38,436 nt of DNA from a virus (Duplodnaviria > Caudoviricetes), in IMG/VR virus record IMGVR_UViG_3300017914_002859, positions 1 to 38,436 of that record; one strand, 5' to 3'. This document shows positions 29,037 through 37,785 of this stretch, one piece after another. The translations under genes were made by a program, and so were the position numbers. Every line of letters starts with the position of its first letter. Position 1 is the stretch's first letter. The notes under the pieces are model-generated. The model was not told the origin of the DNA and ran no database searches. It worked only from the letters and a program-made list of their open reading frames with translations.

Positions 29037-29725
29037 TATGCTACCCTCTGATATAATACTGCAGGTGCTGCGTCATAATTCGTACCACTTATACGAATTG
29101 AACCTTCTATAGTGGAATCAGAAACATAAGCAAGAGCTTTCCATGTACCTGATCCTAACGAAACTGAATTGTAAATTCCTGCAGGATATCCAGATCCTGT
29201 GAGTTTACTTTGATAATATAAGTTTGAACCAGCTACTGTGTCTCCTGGGAAAATGCCTGGATATGTTGCCCCCGTGTTATAGGTATCGACGACCGATGCT
29301 CTAACTTTAGCTATCATAAAACTTCCAACTGGATGAGTTAAAGGTGTTGTATTTACTCCACCACCAATTCCTGAACCAGTTACGACTGGAAGTGTGACTC
29401 TCGAATTGATATAATTCGAAGTGACAATTCCACTAATATAGCTAGTGTTAACAATATTTTGAATATACGTTGAATTTACTATGTTCTGAACATATGTTGT
29501 ATCTACTGTTGCAGCTGCGTAATTCGCTATGTAATCAGAATCAACAATACGATCTTTAATAAAATCAGAATCGAGAATATTTGTTACGTATTGTTGATCA
29601 ATCAGAGCAGCTGTATAGTACGAATCAAGACCACCTGTACTAGCAGTTTCACTTAGTAAATATTTAACTTCGCCATCATCACCGACATACGCTATTCTTC
29701 CATCTTGCTGTTTTAAATCTGCCAT
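29036..29725 (-). CDS. Short fibre/spike-like protein with 9-residue repeats
   Basis: Repeat shaft, then PVGSF...GDTVAGSNL...GTWKAL...LYQRVA resembling tail fibre C-terminal domains. Confidence 0.6.
   Translation of the reverse strand: MADLKQQDGRIAYVGDDGEVKYLLSETASTGGLDSYYTAALIDQQYVTNILDSDFIKDRIVDSDYIANYAAATVDTTYVQNIVNSTYIQNIVNTSYISGIVTSNYINSRVTLPVVTGSGIGGGVNTTPLTHPVGSFMIAKVRASVVDTYNTGATYPGIFPGDTVAGSNLYYQSKLTGSGYPAGIYNSVSLGSGTWKALAYVSDSTIEGSIRISGTNYDAAPAVLYQRVA
29399..29629 (-). repeat. About eight degenerate 9-aa repeats, [LIV][DNT]xx[YF][IVT]xxx
   Basis: LDSYYTAAL, IDQQYVTNI, LDSDFIKDR, VDSDYIANY, VDTTYVQNI, VNSTYIQNI, VNTSYISGI, VTSNYINSR. Confidence 0.75.
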
Positions 29726-29728
29726 AAT

Positions 29729-30514
29729 TTATCCCTGAGGTTTTGAAGTTGTTCCTGTACCCAAACCAGCAGTGTCGGTATGTGTGTGCTGTGTTTGAGT
29801 AATACCAGACACTGTAATTTCGCCACTGCCAAAAGTGATGTTTCCTGTCGGAGCATTAATAGTTAAAGCACCGTCGACAGTAATATCCATATCTCCAGTG
29901 ACATGTAATTTTTCATTTCCAGTCACAGTTCTGAATCCATTCTTATGATGAGTGACCACATCACCATTTGGATGCATTTCAATAAATGTTCCAGATTTAT
30001 GGTATATATGTATACGTTCTGCATCAGGTGTATCATCTATTTCGATTACATGCCCCGACACAGTTTCATGAACTGCGTTGTTTGGGTAGACTGTGTTATA
30101 CGGTTGAGCTGGCTCTCCAGTAACGCTGTCTGGCGTTTTACTGATAGTGTTTGTTCCCCGAGCAAGCTGATTTGTCGATCTTCCTCCTGGCGCGTCATCT
30201 TCGAGTTTTGGCATGCTTCCGAGAACGAGTGGAAGCTGTGAGTTAGTTCCGTCAAGGAAGACTCCAAAGACTCGAGCATTAACTTGTATTCCTGTATTGA
30301 TTCCAAGTCCATTTGTTCCTCCCTCAGAAACAGGTATAATTGTTTGAGCCCATGGAAGACCTTCATCTGGAATGTCAACAGTATTCTCAGAATGAATGCC
30401 CATAATTCGTAATCTTAATCGACCAAGCTGAAGTGGATCGTTAATGTCCACGACTCTTCCGATAAACCAACGAGTCTCATCGCCATAATAGTCTTGATAT
30501 CGTGTAGGAATCAT
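29729..30514 (-). CDS. gp5: Baseplate central spike, T4 gp5-like OB-fold plus short beta-helix, no lysozyme domain
   Basis: WFIGRVVDINDPLQLGRLRLRIMGIH, LPWAQ, VFGVFLDG..SQLPLVLGS, YPNN, SGHVIEIDDTPDAERIHIYHKSGTF. Confidence 0.9.
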   Translation of the reverse strand: MIPTRYQDYYGDETRWFIGRVVDINDPLQLGRLRLRIMGIHSENTVDIPDEGLPWAQTIIPVSEGGTNGLGINTGIQVNARVFGVFLDGTNSQLPLVLGSMPKLEDDAPGGRSTNQLARGTNTISKTPDSVTGEPAQPYNTVYPNNAVHETVSGHVIEIDDTPDAERIHIYHKSGTFIEMHPNGDVVTHHKNGFRTVTGNEKLHVTGDMDITVDGALTINAPTGNITFGSGEITVSGITQTQHTHTDTAGLGTGTTSKPQG

Positions 30515-31851
30515 CTCTTATAGTTACCTATCTTCACACATGTTAAAGACAAATCATATTGTTCTTTTTTAAACATGTGTCTTGTTGAATATATCAAATA
30601 ATCACCAGATTTCTTTGCGTCAATTTTTCTTTGCCCAACACCTGATTCAGGATTTGATACTAAGAATTCAACTCTTAAATTATTACCAATTGTTGAATGT
30701 TTATCTCCGTCAATAAAGTCTATTCCATCAACAACCATTGTCATTGGACTTTTCTTAATTAAGTTATCCATCGCTCTTGAAATGATTTCAAGCTTATACC
30801 CACCCACAGATTTTTCTTCGCGGTACGATTTCTTAAATGAATCATCATCTTCAAGTTTATATGGAGCTGAACCTCCTACCTGCACAATCTTCCTACTTTG
30901 CAATTTGTTGAATGACTTATCGTTTACTTTATAAAGCTCAGAAAATGCAGGATTTGATTGATTTTTACTCATAACGTTATCAGCAATTAGTTTATCATAC
31001 AAATCTTTTTTCACGTCAAAGTTGAAAGACTTTTGCTGATCATTAATCGTATCAATGTATTCGTATGTAGAACCGATCAAACCTTTCTGAATAATTTGAT
31101 ATAGGTTCTCCATATTGTTTCCAAATGTGTGTGATCTTACGATTCTTCTTTTGATGTCAGGATCTGAAGACTGAGTAGCCATCGAAGAATATTGATATGA
31201 AATATCTTGATTCATCACCGGTTGTTCTAACATTGTGCCAAGATCATTAAAGAGTAATTTATCTTTGACTAATGTCGAATAAATGTAAAATGGGTATCCT
31301 CTATCTGATGTGGCTCTTGAAGTGATCCATTTTAGAGTTTCAACAGGATTGAGATTAGGCACTACAACATGAACGTGCTGTTTTGCTCGAGATGCCGTTA
31401 AAATTTCTTTTCCTAAAAATTCTCGAGCAACTATAGTTACTAAATCAGTGATAGGTTTATCATAGAACTTATTAATATTAATCAGATTTGAAATATAACC
31501 GATGTCTTCAATGAGGTGTAGAGCTAGAGTTTGTATATTATCACCAGATTTTTCGGTGCTGACAACCTTTGTAATGTAAAAGTTTTTTTGTATCGGTTCA
31601 GAATTTTTTCTCATACTGCGTAATCGTATGAATATCTTTTCTGCGCCAAGTATATCAGCTTCTTCAAAAAGATTCTCATTATCAAGTAATAGCATTTGAC
31701 CAGTTAGATATGGCTTATCTAAACTTTCAAAAATGTCTAAGTCAGTCACGACTTCACGTAACTCTACGTCAGAATTCAATCTTTCAGATTGTAAGAGAAT
31801 AGATTCAAACCTATAATCAGAAATCTGCGTGGTTTCATTATTTTCTGGCAT
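30511..31851 (-). CDS. Probable baseplate hub protein (gp27-like)
   Basis: IFESLDKPYLTG, VPNLNP, SGDYLIYSTRHMF; lies between gp53 and gp5. Confidence 0.6.
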   Translation of the reverse strand: MPENNETTQISDYRFESILLQSERLNSDVELREVVTDLDIFESLDKPYLTGQMLLLDNENLFEEADILGAEKIFIRLRSMRKNSEPIQKNFYITKVVSTEKSGDNIQTLALHLIEDIGYISNLININKFYDKPITDLVTIVAREFLGKEILTASRAKQHVHVVVPNLNPVETLKWITSRATSDRGYPFYIYSTLVKDKLLFNDLGTMLEQPVMNQDISYQYSSMATQSSDPDIKRRIVRSHTFGNNMENLYQIIQKGLIGSTYEYIDTINDQQKSFNFDVKKDLYDKLIADNVMSKNQSNPAFSELYKVNDKSFNKLQSRKIVQVGGSAPYKLEDDDSFKKSYREEKSVGGYKLEIISRAMDNLIKKSPMTMVVDGIDFIDGDKHSTIGNNLRVEFLVSNPESGVGQRKIDAKKSGDYLIYSTRHMFKKEQYDLSLTCVKIGNYKR

Positions 31852-32582
31852 TAACTTGCAACAGCCTCTCTAAATGAATCAACTACTTCTTCGATTACGT
31901 TTGATCGAATCACTCTAATTGATTTGAGATTGTCATTCTGAGTAACTAATCTATCTAACCACGTAATTTCTGTTAATTGAGCACCCGGCCCGACTGTCGG
32001 ATCAATATCAACATATTCACCACTAGCATTTTCATAATGGTGTGCGGCATTATACTGTGTAGCTACGCTATCAACTACAATGCTTCTTGTTACACTGTCA
32101 GTAGGATCTGTCGAATTGATAGTCTCACCAGTAGTAAATGTACCTGTTCCACCTTCAAACCAGACCTGACCTAAGTCAAGTTCACGATGAGATATTGTTG
32201 CTGTTGCACCAGAACTTAGACCTGTCATTGTATGCCCGACTTTAAATCTATCAGTCAAAGTCGAAAGTGTAGTGATAACGGTGTGATCATAATCTGCTTG
32301 AGCTTTTTCAAATACTTTATTATTTGACAAAGGCCAACCAGAATCTCTCAAGTCTTCATTCATTAGAAAAAATGTCCAATGATAATCTGGCGTTCCGTAT
32401 AATTTATATGAAACTTGATCTGGTCTTTCGTCTGGTAAAATGTAATAGTCTTCATACGCAGTTAATGCATCTTTGATTTGATCAACCACGTCCGAATATA
32501 TCGACAAATTTTCGAAAACTTCGGTTGTAGTTTCATTGCCAAATTTGTAATTGACTCTTGGAAAATATCTAAAATACGTCAT
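31851..32582 (-). CDS. gp53: Baseplate wedge protein, T4 gp53-like
   Basis: YFRYFP, ERPDQVSYKLYG.PDYHWTFFLMN, WPLS, HHYE. Confidence 0.88.
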   Translation of the reverse strand: MTYFRYFPRVNYKFGNETTTEVFENLSIYSDVVDQIKDALTAYEDYYILPDERPDQVSYKLYGTPDYHWTFFLMNEDLRDSGWPLSNNKVFEKAQADYDHTVITTLSTLTDRFKVGHTMTGLSSGATATISHRELDLGQVWFEGGTGTFTTGETINSTDPTDSVTRSIVVDSVATQYNAAHHYENASGEYVDIDPTVGPGAQLTEITWLDRLVTQNDNLKSIRVIRSNVIEEVVDSFREAVAS

Positions 32583-33595
32583 GGCGTTGGCCTCGGCGGC
32601 GGAGCAGTTGGAGTTGATCGATCAATTGTTCTTTCATTACTACCAGAAGGAGCATTTTCGTAATGATAGAATGTATCATTGTCTTCGTTGACAACATCGT
32701 ATCTGCTGAGTGGTTTGTACTCAGTAAACGTCAATGTCATATCAACTTCAGTCGGTGATCCATCATCATGCAAAACAGGACTTGTAGGATTATACGTTGT
32801 TGATACAGTTTTCAGATAGCTCAACTTAATTGGTGTACCGATGTTCTTAAAGAAGTCATCTCCTGATTTACTCAATAAGCGAATCTTAAACATATTTGGA
32901 TAATCATATGCAAGTGATATTGACTTTCCATAAGGTATTTCTGTTGGATAAGCATGGAATCGAAAGAACTTAATGATTCTTTTAACCATTACTGATTCTT
33001 CATATGATCGTGGAATAAACTTAAAGACAAAGTTAAATTCACGAACAGCAACACCATTAAACATTGTACGAATATTAGGATTCATTGATACACGAGCAGC
33101 AATACCAATAGCATTCCTCACAGCATCTGGAATCATTGGTACGGTTTGAGCACCACGAACAGCAGCGACTCGACTTACAGTTCCTGTACCAAATAAGTCA
33201 AACACAGATTGTGCACCTTCTTTAATTCCTTGCAATGCAGACGAAACAATGTCTTGCCCTTGATTCAATCCTGCCATTACGCCGGCTCCGACAGCACCAA
33301 GTGATGCAGACTGATAGTCAAATCCGTCATTGACTTGAAATGCTACAGGTAAATACAAATCACACTTTTCTCCTGCAACTTCGTCGGTTCTCATTCTTCT
33401 TGCCTGACCAGAAACTTCGGGCAACCTTTCAGCAACTTCACCTTCATCAGATGTATTACTTGTATTGAATCGAACTGTGACGTCGGGTGGAATAACTCGA
33501 ATCGCTTGAAAAGATATTTTCGAGCTATACTGTTGTCCAACTTCAATCGGATATTTGTATGGACCGTATGAGGAACTTTTCTGTGGACCAGCCAT
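32579..33595 (-). CDS. gp48: Baseplate tail tube cap, T4 gp48-like
   Basis: YKYP, LYLP, NPNIRTMFNGVAVREFNFVFKFIPRS, IIKFFRFHAYP, LTFTE. Start moved to MAGPQ at 33595, downstream of the late promoter. Confidence 0.85.
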   Translation of the reverse strand: MAGPQKSSSYGPYKYPIEVGQQYSSKISFQAIRVIPPDVTVRFNTSNTSDEGEVAERLPEVSGQARRMRTDEVAGEKCDLYLPVAFQVNDGFDYQSASLGAVGAGVMAGLNQGQDIVSSALQGIKEGAQSVFDLFGTGTVSRVAAVRGAQTVPMIPDAVRNAIGIAARVSMNPNIRTMFNGVAVREFNFVFKFIPRSYEESVMVKRIIKFFRFHAYPTEIPYGKSISLAYDYPNMFKIRLLSKSGDDFFKNIGTPIKLSYLKTVSTTYNPTSPVLHDDGSPTEVDMTLTFTEYKPLSRYDVVNEDNDTFYHYENAPSGSNERTIDRSTPTAPPPRPTP

Positions 33596-33608
33596 GCTTT
33601 TTCCTATA

Positions 33609-33616
33609 GATAAATA
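33609..33616 (+). promoter_or_regulatory. Late promoter variant GATAAATA for gp4
   Basis: 7/8 match to TATAAATA in the divergent spacer, 30 nt upstream of ATG 33647. Confidence 0.55.
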
Positions 33617-33630
33617 AAAATAATTTAAAG

Positions 33631-33638
33631 TATTTATA
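33631..33638 (-). promoter_or_regulatory. T4-type late promoter TATAAATA for the gp48-gp5 run
   Basis: Exact motif 35 nt upstream of ATG 33595. Confidence 0.8.
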
Positions 33639-33646
33639 ATCAAAAT

Positions 33647-34147
33647 ATGGCATATTCAGGCAGATATCAGGTACTCAATCCTAAGAAATATAAAGGTGAC
33701 CACAGTAATGTCATCTATCGATCACTGTGGGAAAGAGATGTATTCAAATGGTGTGATATGAATCCGAAAGTCAAAGCTTGGTCTTCGGAAGAAATCGTCA
33801 TACCATACTTCTATGAAGCAGATAAACGTTATCATCGTTACTTTCCTGATCTCAAAATTATCTTTGAAAACAAAACACTTCTTGTCGAGATCAAACCAGA
33901 CAAAGAAACAAAACCTCCGAAAGGAGAAAAAAGAACTAAAAGATATATTAACGAGGCATTGACATACGTAAAAAATATGAATAAGTGGGAAGCTGCCAAT
34001 TCATATTGTAAAGATCGTAAGTGGGAGTTTCAAATCTGGACAGAAGAAACACTCTATTCAATGGGTATTATGACTCGACCATTGAAAAAAATACCCGGAA
34101 AGCTCAAACCTTTGAAACCTTACAGACGTAAAAAATCTAAAAAATAG
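33647..34147 (+). CDS. gp4: Head completion protein, T4 gp4-like (TnsA-type nuclease fold)
   Basis: YSGRY...NPKKYKGD..NVIYRSLWE, WSSEE, HRYFPD, EIKP, KWEAA, IWTE. Confidence 0.92.
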   Translation: MAYSGRYQVLNPKKYKGDHSNVIYRSLWERDVFKWCDMNPKVKAWSSEEIVIPYFYEADKRYHRYFPDLKIIFENKTLLVEIKPDKETKPPKGEKRTKRYINEALTYVKNMNKWEAANSYCKDRKWEFQIWTEETLYSMGIMTRPLKKIPGKLKPLKPYRRKKSKK

Positions 34148-34148
34148 T

Positions 34149-34156
34149 TATAAATA
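34149..34156 (+). promoter_or_regulatory. T4-type late promoter TATAAATA
   Basis: Exact intergenic motif 5 nt before the gp2 ATG. Confidence 0.8.
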
Positions 34157-34161
34157 CTGAT

Positions 34162-34734
34162 ATGGCAGGCGAAAGTTTATTTAGACAACTCGAAATCGAA
34201 GCATTTCGTGCAGGTATTACACCACGGACTCAGCAATCAATTGACTGGTTCCGCAGAAAAGCACGTGACATGTTTCGTGGAAGAGTTGTAAAAAATCGTA
34301 GAGATATAATGAACGATGAACTTCTAACATTATCAAATAGACCAGTGACAAGAACACGTGGTCCAATCGGTAATATGTACATGTTTTTCTACGATCCAAA
34401 GTATAAAGATGAATTACCGTATTATGATGGCTTTCCTCTCATCATTATGATGGGCCCTGCTCAGGGTGGATTCTATGGACTCAATTTACATTATCTTCCA
34501 CCAGTTGTACGAGCTCGAGTACTCGATTCTGTATTAGGAACGGGTGGTAAGATTCCTCAAAGGTTTGTTGCACCGGCACTCAAACGATATTTGTTTAAAC
34601 ATGTGAGAAGTCGTTTTGCTGAGGTTGATAAACCCGAATGGGAAATTGCAACATTCCTTCCATCTGCAGATTGGAATAAAGCAAGTGCAAATGAAGTTTA
34701 CAGAGATTCTAGGAAGAAGTTGAGAGATAGATGA
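34162..34734 (+). CDS. gp2: DNA end protector protein, T4 gp2-like
   Basis: MYMFFYDPKYKDELPYYDGFPL, GLNLHYLPP, KRYL..HVRSRF, W..A.FLP. Confidence 0.9.
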   Translation: MAGESLFRQLEIEAFRAGITPRTQQSIDWFRRKARDMFRGRVVKNRRDIMNDELLTLSNRPVTRTRGPIGNMYMFFYDPKYKDELPYYDGFPLIIMMGPAQGGFYGLNLHYLPPVVRARVLDSVLGTGGKIPQRFVAPALKRYLFKHVRSRFAEVDKPEWEIATFLPSADWNKASANEVYRDSRKKLRDR

Positions 34735-35372
34735 CAGCCTCACTCGATAAATTAAAAAGCGTAATTACATCTCGAGGCGGATTAGCTCGACCAAATAACT
34801 TTCTGATAGAATTACCGACAATTGCTGGTATTTCTTCGAGAGATATGAATATCTTGTGTCGCTCTGCTACTCTTCCCGGCAAACAAGTATTAACACATGA
34901 TCGCAGAATAGGCATGCAATTTGAAAAGGTTGCCTATGGTTATGCAGTTGATGATGTAAGTATGACTTTCTTAATGATGAATGATTACAGTGTCAGAGAA
35001 TATTTTGATGCGTGGAGATCAATCATATTGAGTGAAGATGAGCAAACCGTTGCTTATAAGAATCAATACGAAAAACGAGTTACAATACATCAATTAGCAA
35101 ACAGCGTACCATCTTTGACTGCGGGTGTTTCAATTAATATTGGACCAATCTCAGCGGGATTTACTCGATCAATTGGATTACCATTCGGTGGAAATGTAAA
35201 TGTGAGTACACCTGTTTATTCTGTAGAATTAATTAACGCTTTCCCGACAACTATAGGACAAATTGATTTCAATAATGACGCTGACGGAATTGTTGAATTG
35301 ACTGTTCAGATGTCATACACAAACTGGAAGACTGTGCCATCTGGACAAAAACAAATTAGTATACAATTATAG
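34731..35372 (+). CDS. Tail tube initiator / tube-family protein (gp54/gp19-like)
   Basis: GGLARPNNF, LCRSATLPG, REYFDAW, LINAFPTTIG, LTVQMSYTNW. Confidence 0.75.
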   Translation: MTASLDKLKSVITSRGGLARPNNFLIELPTIAGISSRDMNILCRSATLPGKQVLTHDRRIGMQFEKVAYGYAVDDVSMTFLMMNDYSVREYFDAWRSIILSEDEQTVAYKNQYEKRVTIHQLANSVPSLTAGVSINIGPISAGFTRSIGLPFGGNVNVSTPVYSVELINAFPTTIGQIDFNNDADGIVELTVQMSYTNWKTVPSGQKQISIQL

Positions 35373-35386
35373 GAGTGAACTAAATT

Positions 35387-36100
35387 ATGGCATTACCTAA
35401 ACTAAATAATGCTCCAAAATATGAACTGACGATTCCATCTACACAAGCAAAAGTAATGTATCGCCCTTTCCTTGTAAAAGAAGAAAAGGCATTGATGATT
35501 GCAGCTGAAAGTGGAAATCAGCAAAACGTTTTAAGAACCTTAGTCGAAACAATTAAAGCATGTATTGAAGGTGATATCACGGTTAATAACCTAACATCTT
35601 TTGACATTGAATATATGTTTTTACAACTAAGAACAAAGAGTGTTGGTGAATCTGCAAACATTGGAATGAAATGTAGTGAATGCTCAACTACAAATGAATT
35701 GTCCGTCAATCTTGAAAAAATAGTGATTGATGTACCAGAAGTAGAAAAGAATATTAAGCTAACAGATGAGATTTCTTTGGATCTCGATTGGCCAACATTT
35801 TACGATATTATAGATGCTGGTATGAATACAGGCGATGAGCCAAATGCAGAACAGGCATTTTCATTAATACGCAGCTGTTTGAAAGCAGTTAATACAGAAG
35901 ATGAAAGAATCGTCTTAAAAGACACATCGAAAGAAGAAATACAAGAATTCATTGATTCAATGAGTACAGCTCAATTTCAAAAGATTAGAACATTCGTTGA
36001 ATCGATTCCAAAGCTTTCGCATAATGTAAAATTTGATTGTACGAGTTGTGGACATAAGAATGATGTAACAATCGAAGGAGTGGCAAATTTTTTATCGTAG
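35387..36100 (+). CDS. gp26: Baseplate hub assembly protein, T4 gp26-like
   Basis: MALPKL..PKYELTIPS, YRPFLVKEEKAL, FDIEYMFLQLRTKSVGE, two CxxC motifs, EG..NF end. AGGAG upstream. Confidence 0.85.
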   Translation: MALPKLNNAPKYELTIPSTQAKVMYRPFLVKEEKALMIAAESGNQQNVLRTLVETIKACIEGDITVNNLTSFDIEYMFLQLRTKSVGESANIGMKCSECSTTNELSVNLEKIVIDVPEVEKNIKLTDEISLDLDWPTFYDIIDAGMNTGDEPNAEQAFSLIRSCLKAVNTEDERIVLKDTSKEEIQEFIDSMSTAQFQKIRTFVESIPKLSHNVKFDCTSCGHKNDVTIEGVANFLS

Positions 36101-36279
36101 CTCTATCTCATGAGAGTCTTGAAGCTTATTACCAAACAAACTTCAACCTAATGACTCACTGGCATTGGGGGCTGACTGAGATAGAGGAAATGATTCCATG
36201 GGAAAGAGAGATCTATATCTCTTTATTGATTAACCACTTAAAAGAAGAAAGAGCACGTCAAGAACAAAGGCAACGCTGA
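36091..36279 (+). CDS. Small hub-assembly ORF (often annotated gp51-like in marine T4-like phages); probably the -1 frameshift extension of gp26
   Basis: Not in the ORF track. Reads FIVALSHESLEAYYQTNFNLMTHWHWGLTEIEEMIPWEREIYISLLINHLKEERARQEQRQR*. First ATG only at 36151; TGATG-coupled to the next gene. Confidence 0.75.
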   Translation, partial: FIVALSHESLEAYYQTNFNLMTHWHWGLTEIEEMIPWEREIYISLLINHLKEERARQEQRQR

Positions 36280-37745
36280 TGGCAAGTTTAGAAATTGTAG
36301 TAGAGCAGTTAAAAGCAAACGGTGAAAAGAATACCGCGCAATTAAGTTCTTTAAATTCATCTGTTCTCAACATGAATAGCATGTTAGGAGATCTGACCGA
36401 TGCTCTTATGATGCAAAGACTCGACATGCTCGAGATGATGCGAGAGAAGAAGGATACTGCTCCTGGTGCACCGGCTGGACAAGCTGGAGATGCAAAAGCC
36501 GGAAGTGGAAACTTAGCATTACTATTAGCTGGACTTGCTGCATTCGCTTCAGGATTCATTGATGGTCTTTTAGATTCAATTAAAAGTCTAGCTAAACTTT
36601 TTCAAATCGATAGACTTTTTAACGCAATCAAAGATGCTACTGGCAGATTACTCACTCGTATAGGAAATATTGTATCACGTATTATTGATCCTATTGCTGA
36701 CGTATTTCGGTTGATGAGAACAAAAGTTGCTGAAGCTGTACAAGACTCTATCAAAATTATCGATGATATGATTCAACCTATTCGAAATCTATTCGCAGCC
36801 GGACCAGAATCAAGAATCGGTAAACTATTCTCTGCAATTATGAAGCCATTTACGTTTCCTTTTGAAGGAGCAATTGATGAACTATCAAAACCACTGAAAG
36901 CTTTGTTTTCAGGAGAAGAAGGAATTATATCAAAAATATTCCGCAGAATTAAAACAACATTTGATGCACTCGTAGAACCAATTCAAAAAGCTTTTGGACT
37001 TGTCACAGACGCCTTTAAAATATTCCAAGAAGGCAGTACTCTTATGAATACTCTTGGCACAGTTGGTCGAGTTATCGGACGATTGTTCTATCCATTCACA
37101 TTGATCATGGGTATATTCGACACAGTAAAAGGTGCTATTGCTGGTTATGAAGAAGGAGGATTCCTTGGTGGAATTCAAGGTGCTATTGAAGGATTCTTTA
37201 ATTCAATTGTTGGTGCACCTCTTGATTTATTGAAAAGCGGTGTTGAATTCATATTAAGTAAATTCGGATTCGAAGGTGCTGCAGATGCTTTATCTGGCTT
37301 TAGTTTTGAGAACTTAATTACAGATATTGTGTTTAGTCCAATTGAAATATTGAAAAGAGCTGTCAATAGTCTGATTGAAGGAATAGCTAGTCTTATTGAA
37401 GACGTACCTTTAATGGGCAATGTGGCTGCTAAATTAAGAGAATTCAAATTTGGCGAAGGTATGACAAGATCTGAAGAGAGAGCTGCAGTTGAAGCCGAGA
37501 ACGCACGGATGGAAGACGCAGTAGCTAGTGCAAATCTTGTCAGCAGTGATCCTAGTCTATCAGCTGCAGTGAAAGCACAGACAATTGAAGAAGAGTCAGC
37601 AGCATTAAGAACAAGCCAAGCTCAAAATAATATTGTGATGGATAATTCTTCAAATGTAAGTCAGTCAAGCTCAAGTACTCAACCAATCCTTACAACCACA
37701 CCATCAGCTAGAGATTATAGCGATCCTATGCTAGCCGGCGCATAA
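36279..37745 (+). CDS. Tape-measure-like / gp29-analogous tail protein
   Basis: 488 aa, amphipathic helical, Ala/Gly/Ile/Phe-rich, with NNIVMDNSS near the C-terminus; follows the gp26 pair. Confidence 0.6.
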   Translation: MASLEIVVEQLKANGEKNTAQLSSLNSSVLNMNSMLGDLTDALMMQRLDMLEMMREKKDTAPGAPAGQAGDAKAGSGNLALLLAGLAAFASGFIDGLLDSIKSLAKLFQIDRLFNAIKDATGRLLTRIGNIVSRIIDPIADVFRLMRTKVAEAVQDSIKIIDDMIQPIRNLFAAGPESRIGKLFSAIMKPFTFPFEGAIDELSKPLKALFSGEEGIISKIFRRIKTTFDALVEPIQKAFGLVTDAFKIFQEGSTLMNTLGTVGRVIGRLFYPFTLIMGIFDTVKGAIAGYEEGGFLGGIQGAIEGFFNSIVGAPLDLLKSGVEFILSKFGFEGAADALSGFSFENLITDIVFSPIEILKRAVNSLIEGIASLIEDVPLMGNVAAKLREFKFGEGMTRSEERAAVEAENARMEDAVASANLVSSDPSLSAAVKAQTIEEESAALRTSQAQNNIVMDNSSNVSQSSSSTQPILTTTPSARDYSDPMLAGA

Positions 37746-37747
37746 AC

Positions 37748-37777
37748 GAAAAGAGACCTGTGCACAGATCCCTTTTC
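37748..37777 (-). terminator. Rho-independent terminator for the gp32 transcript (possibly bidirectional)
   Basis: Minus strand GAAAAGGGAUCUG-UGCA-CAGGUCUCUUUUC pairs over 13 bp with two G-U pairs; the 3' arm ends in UUUUC, followed by GUUU. Confidence 0.7.
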
Positions 37778-37785
37778 TAAATGTA

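Noticed and set aside
33647-34147. TnsA-like transposase or homing endonuclease
   Set aside because: Sequence and position match T4 gp4 head completion protein; no mobile element ends or partner genes.
729-37447. The many 60-160 aa alternative-frame and antisense ORFs in the track (e.g. 4136..4576, 23682..24104, 24796..25275)
   Set aside because: They lie within well-supported genes, show no motifs, and are expected shadows of codon bias.
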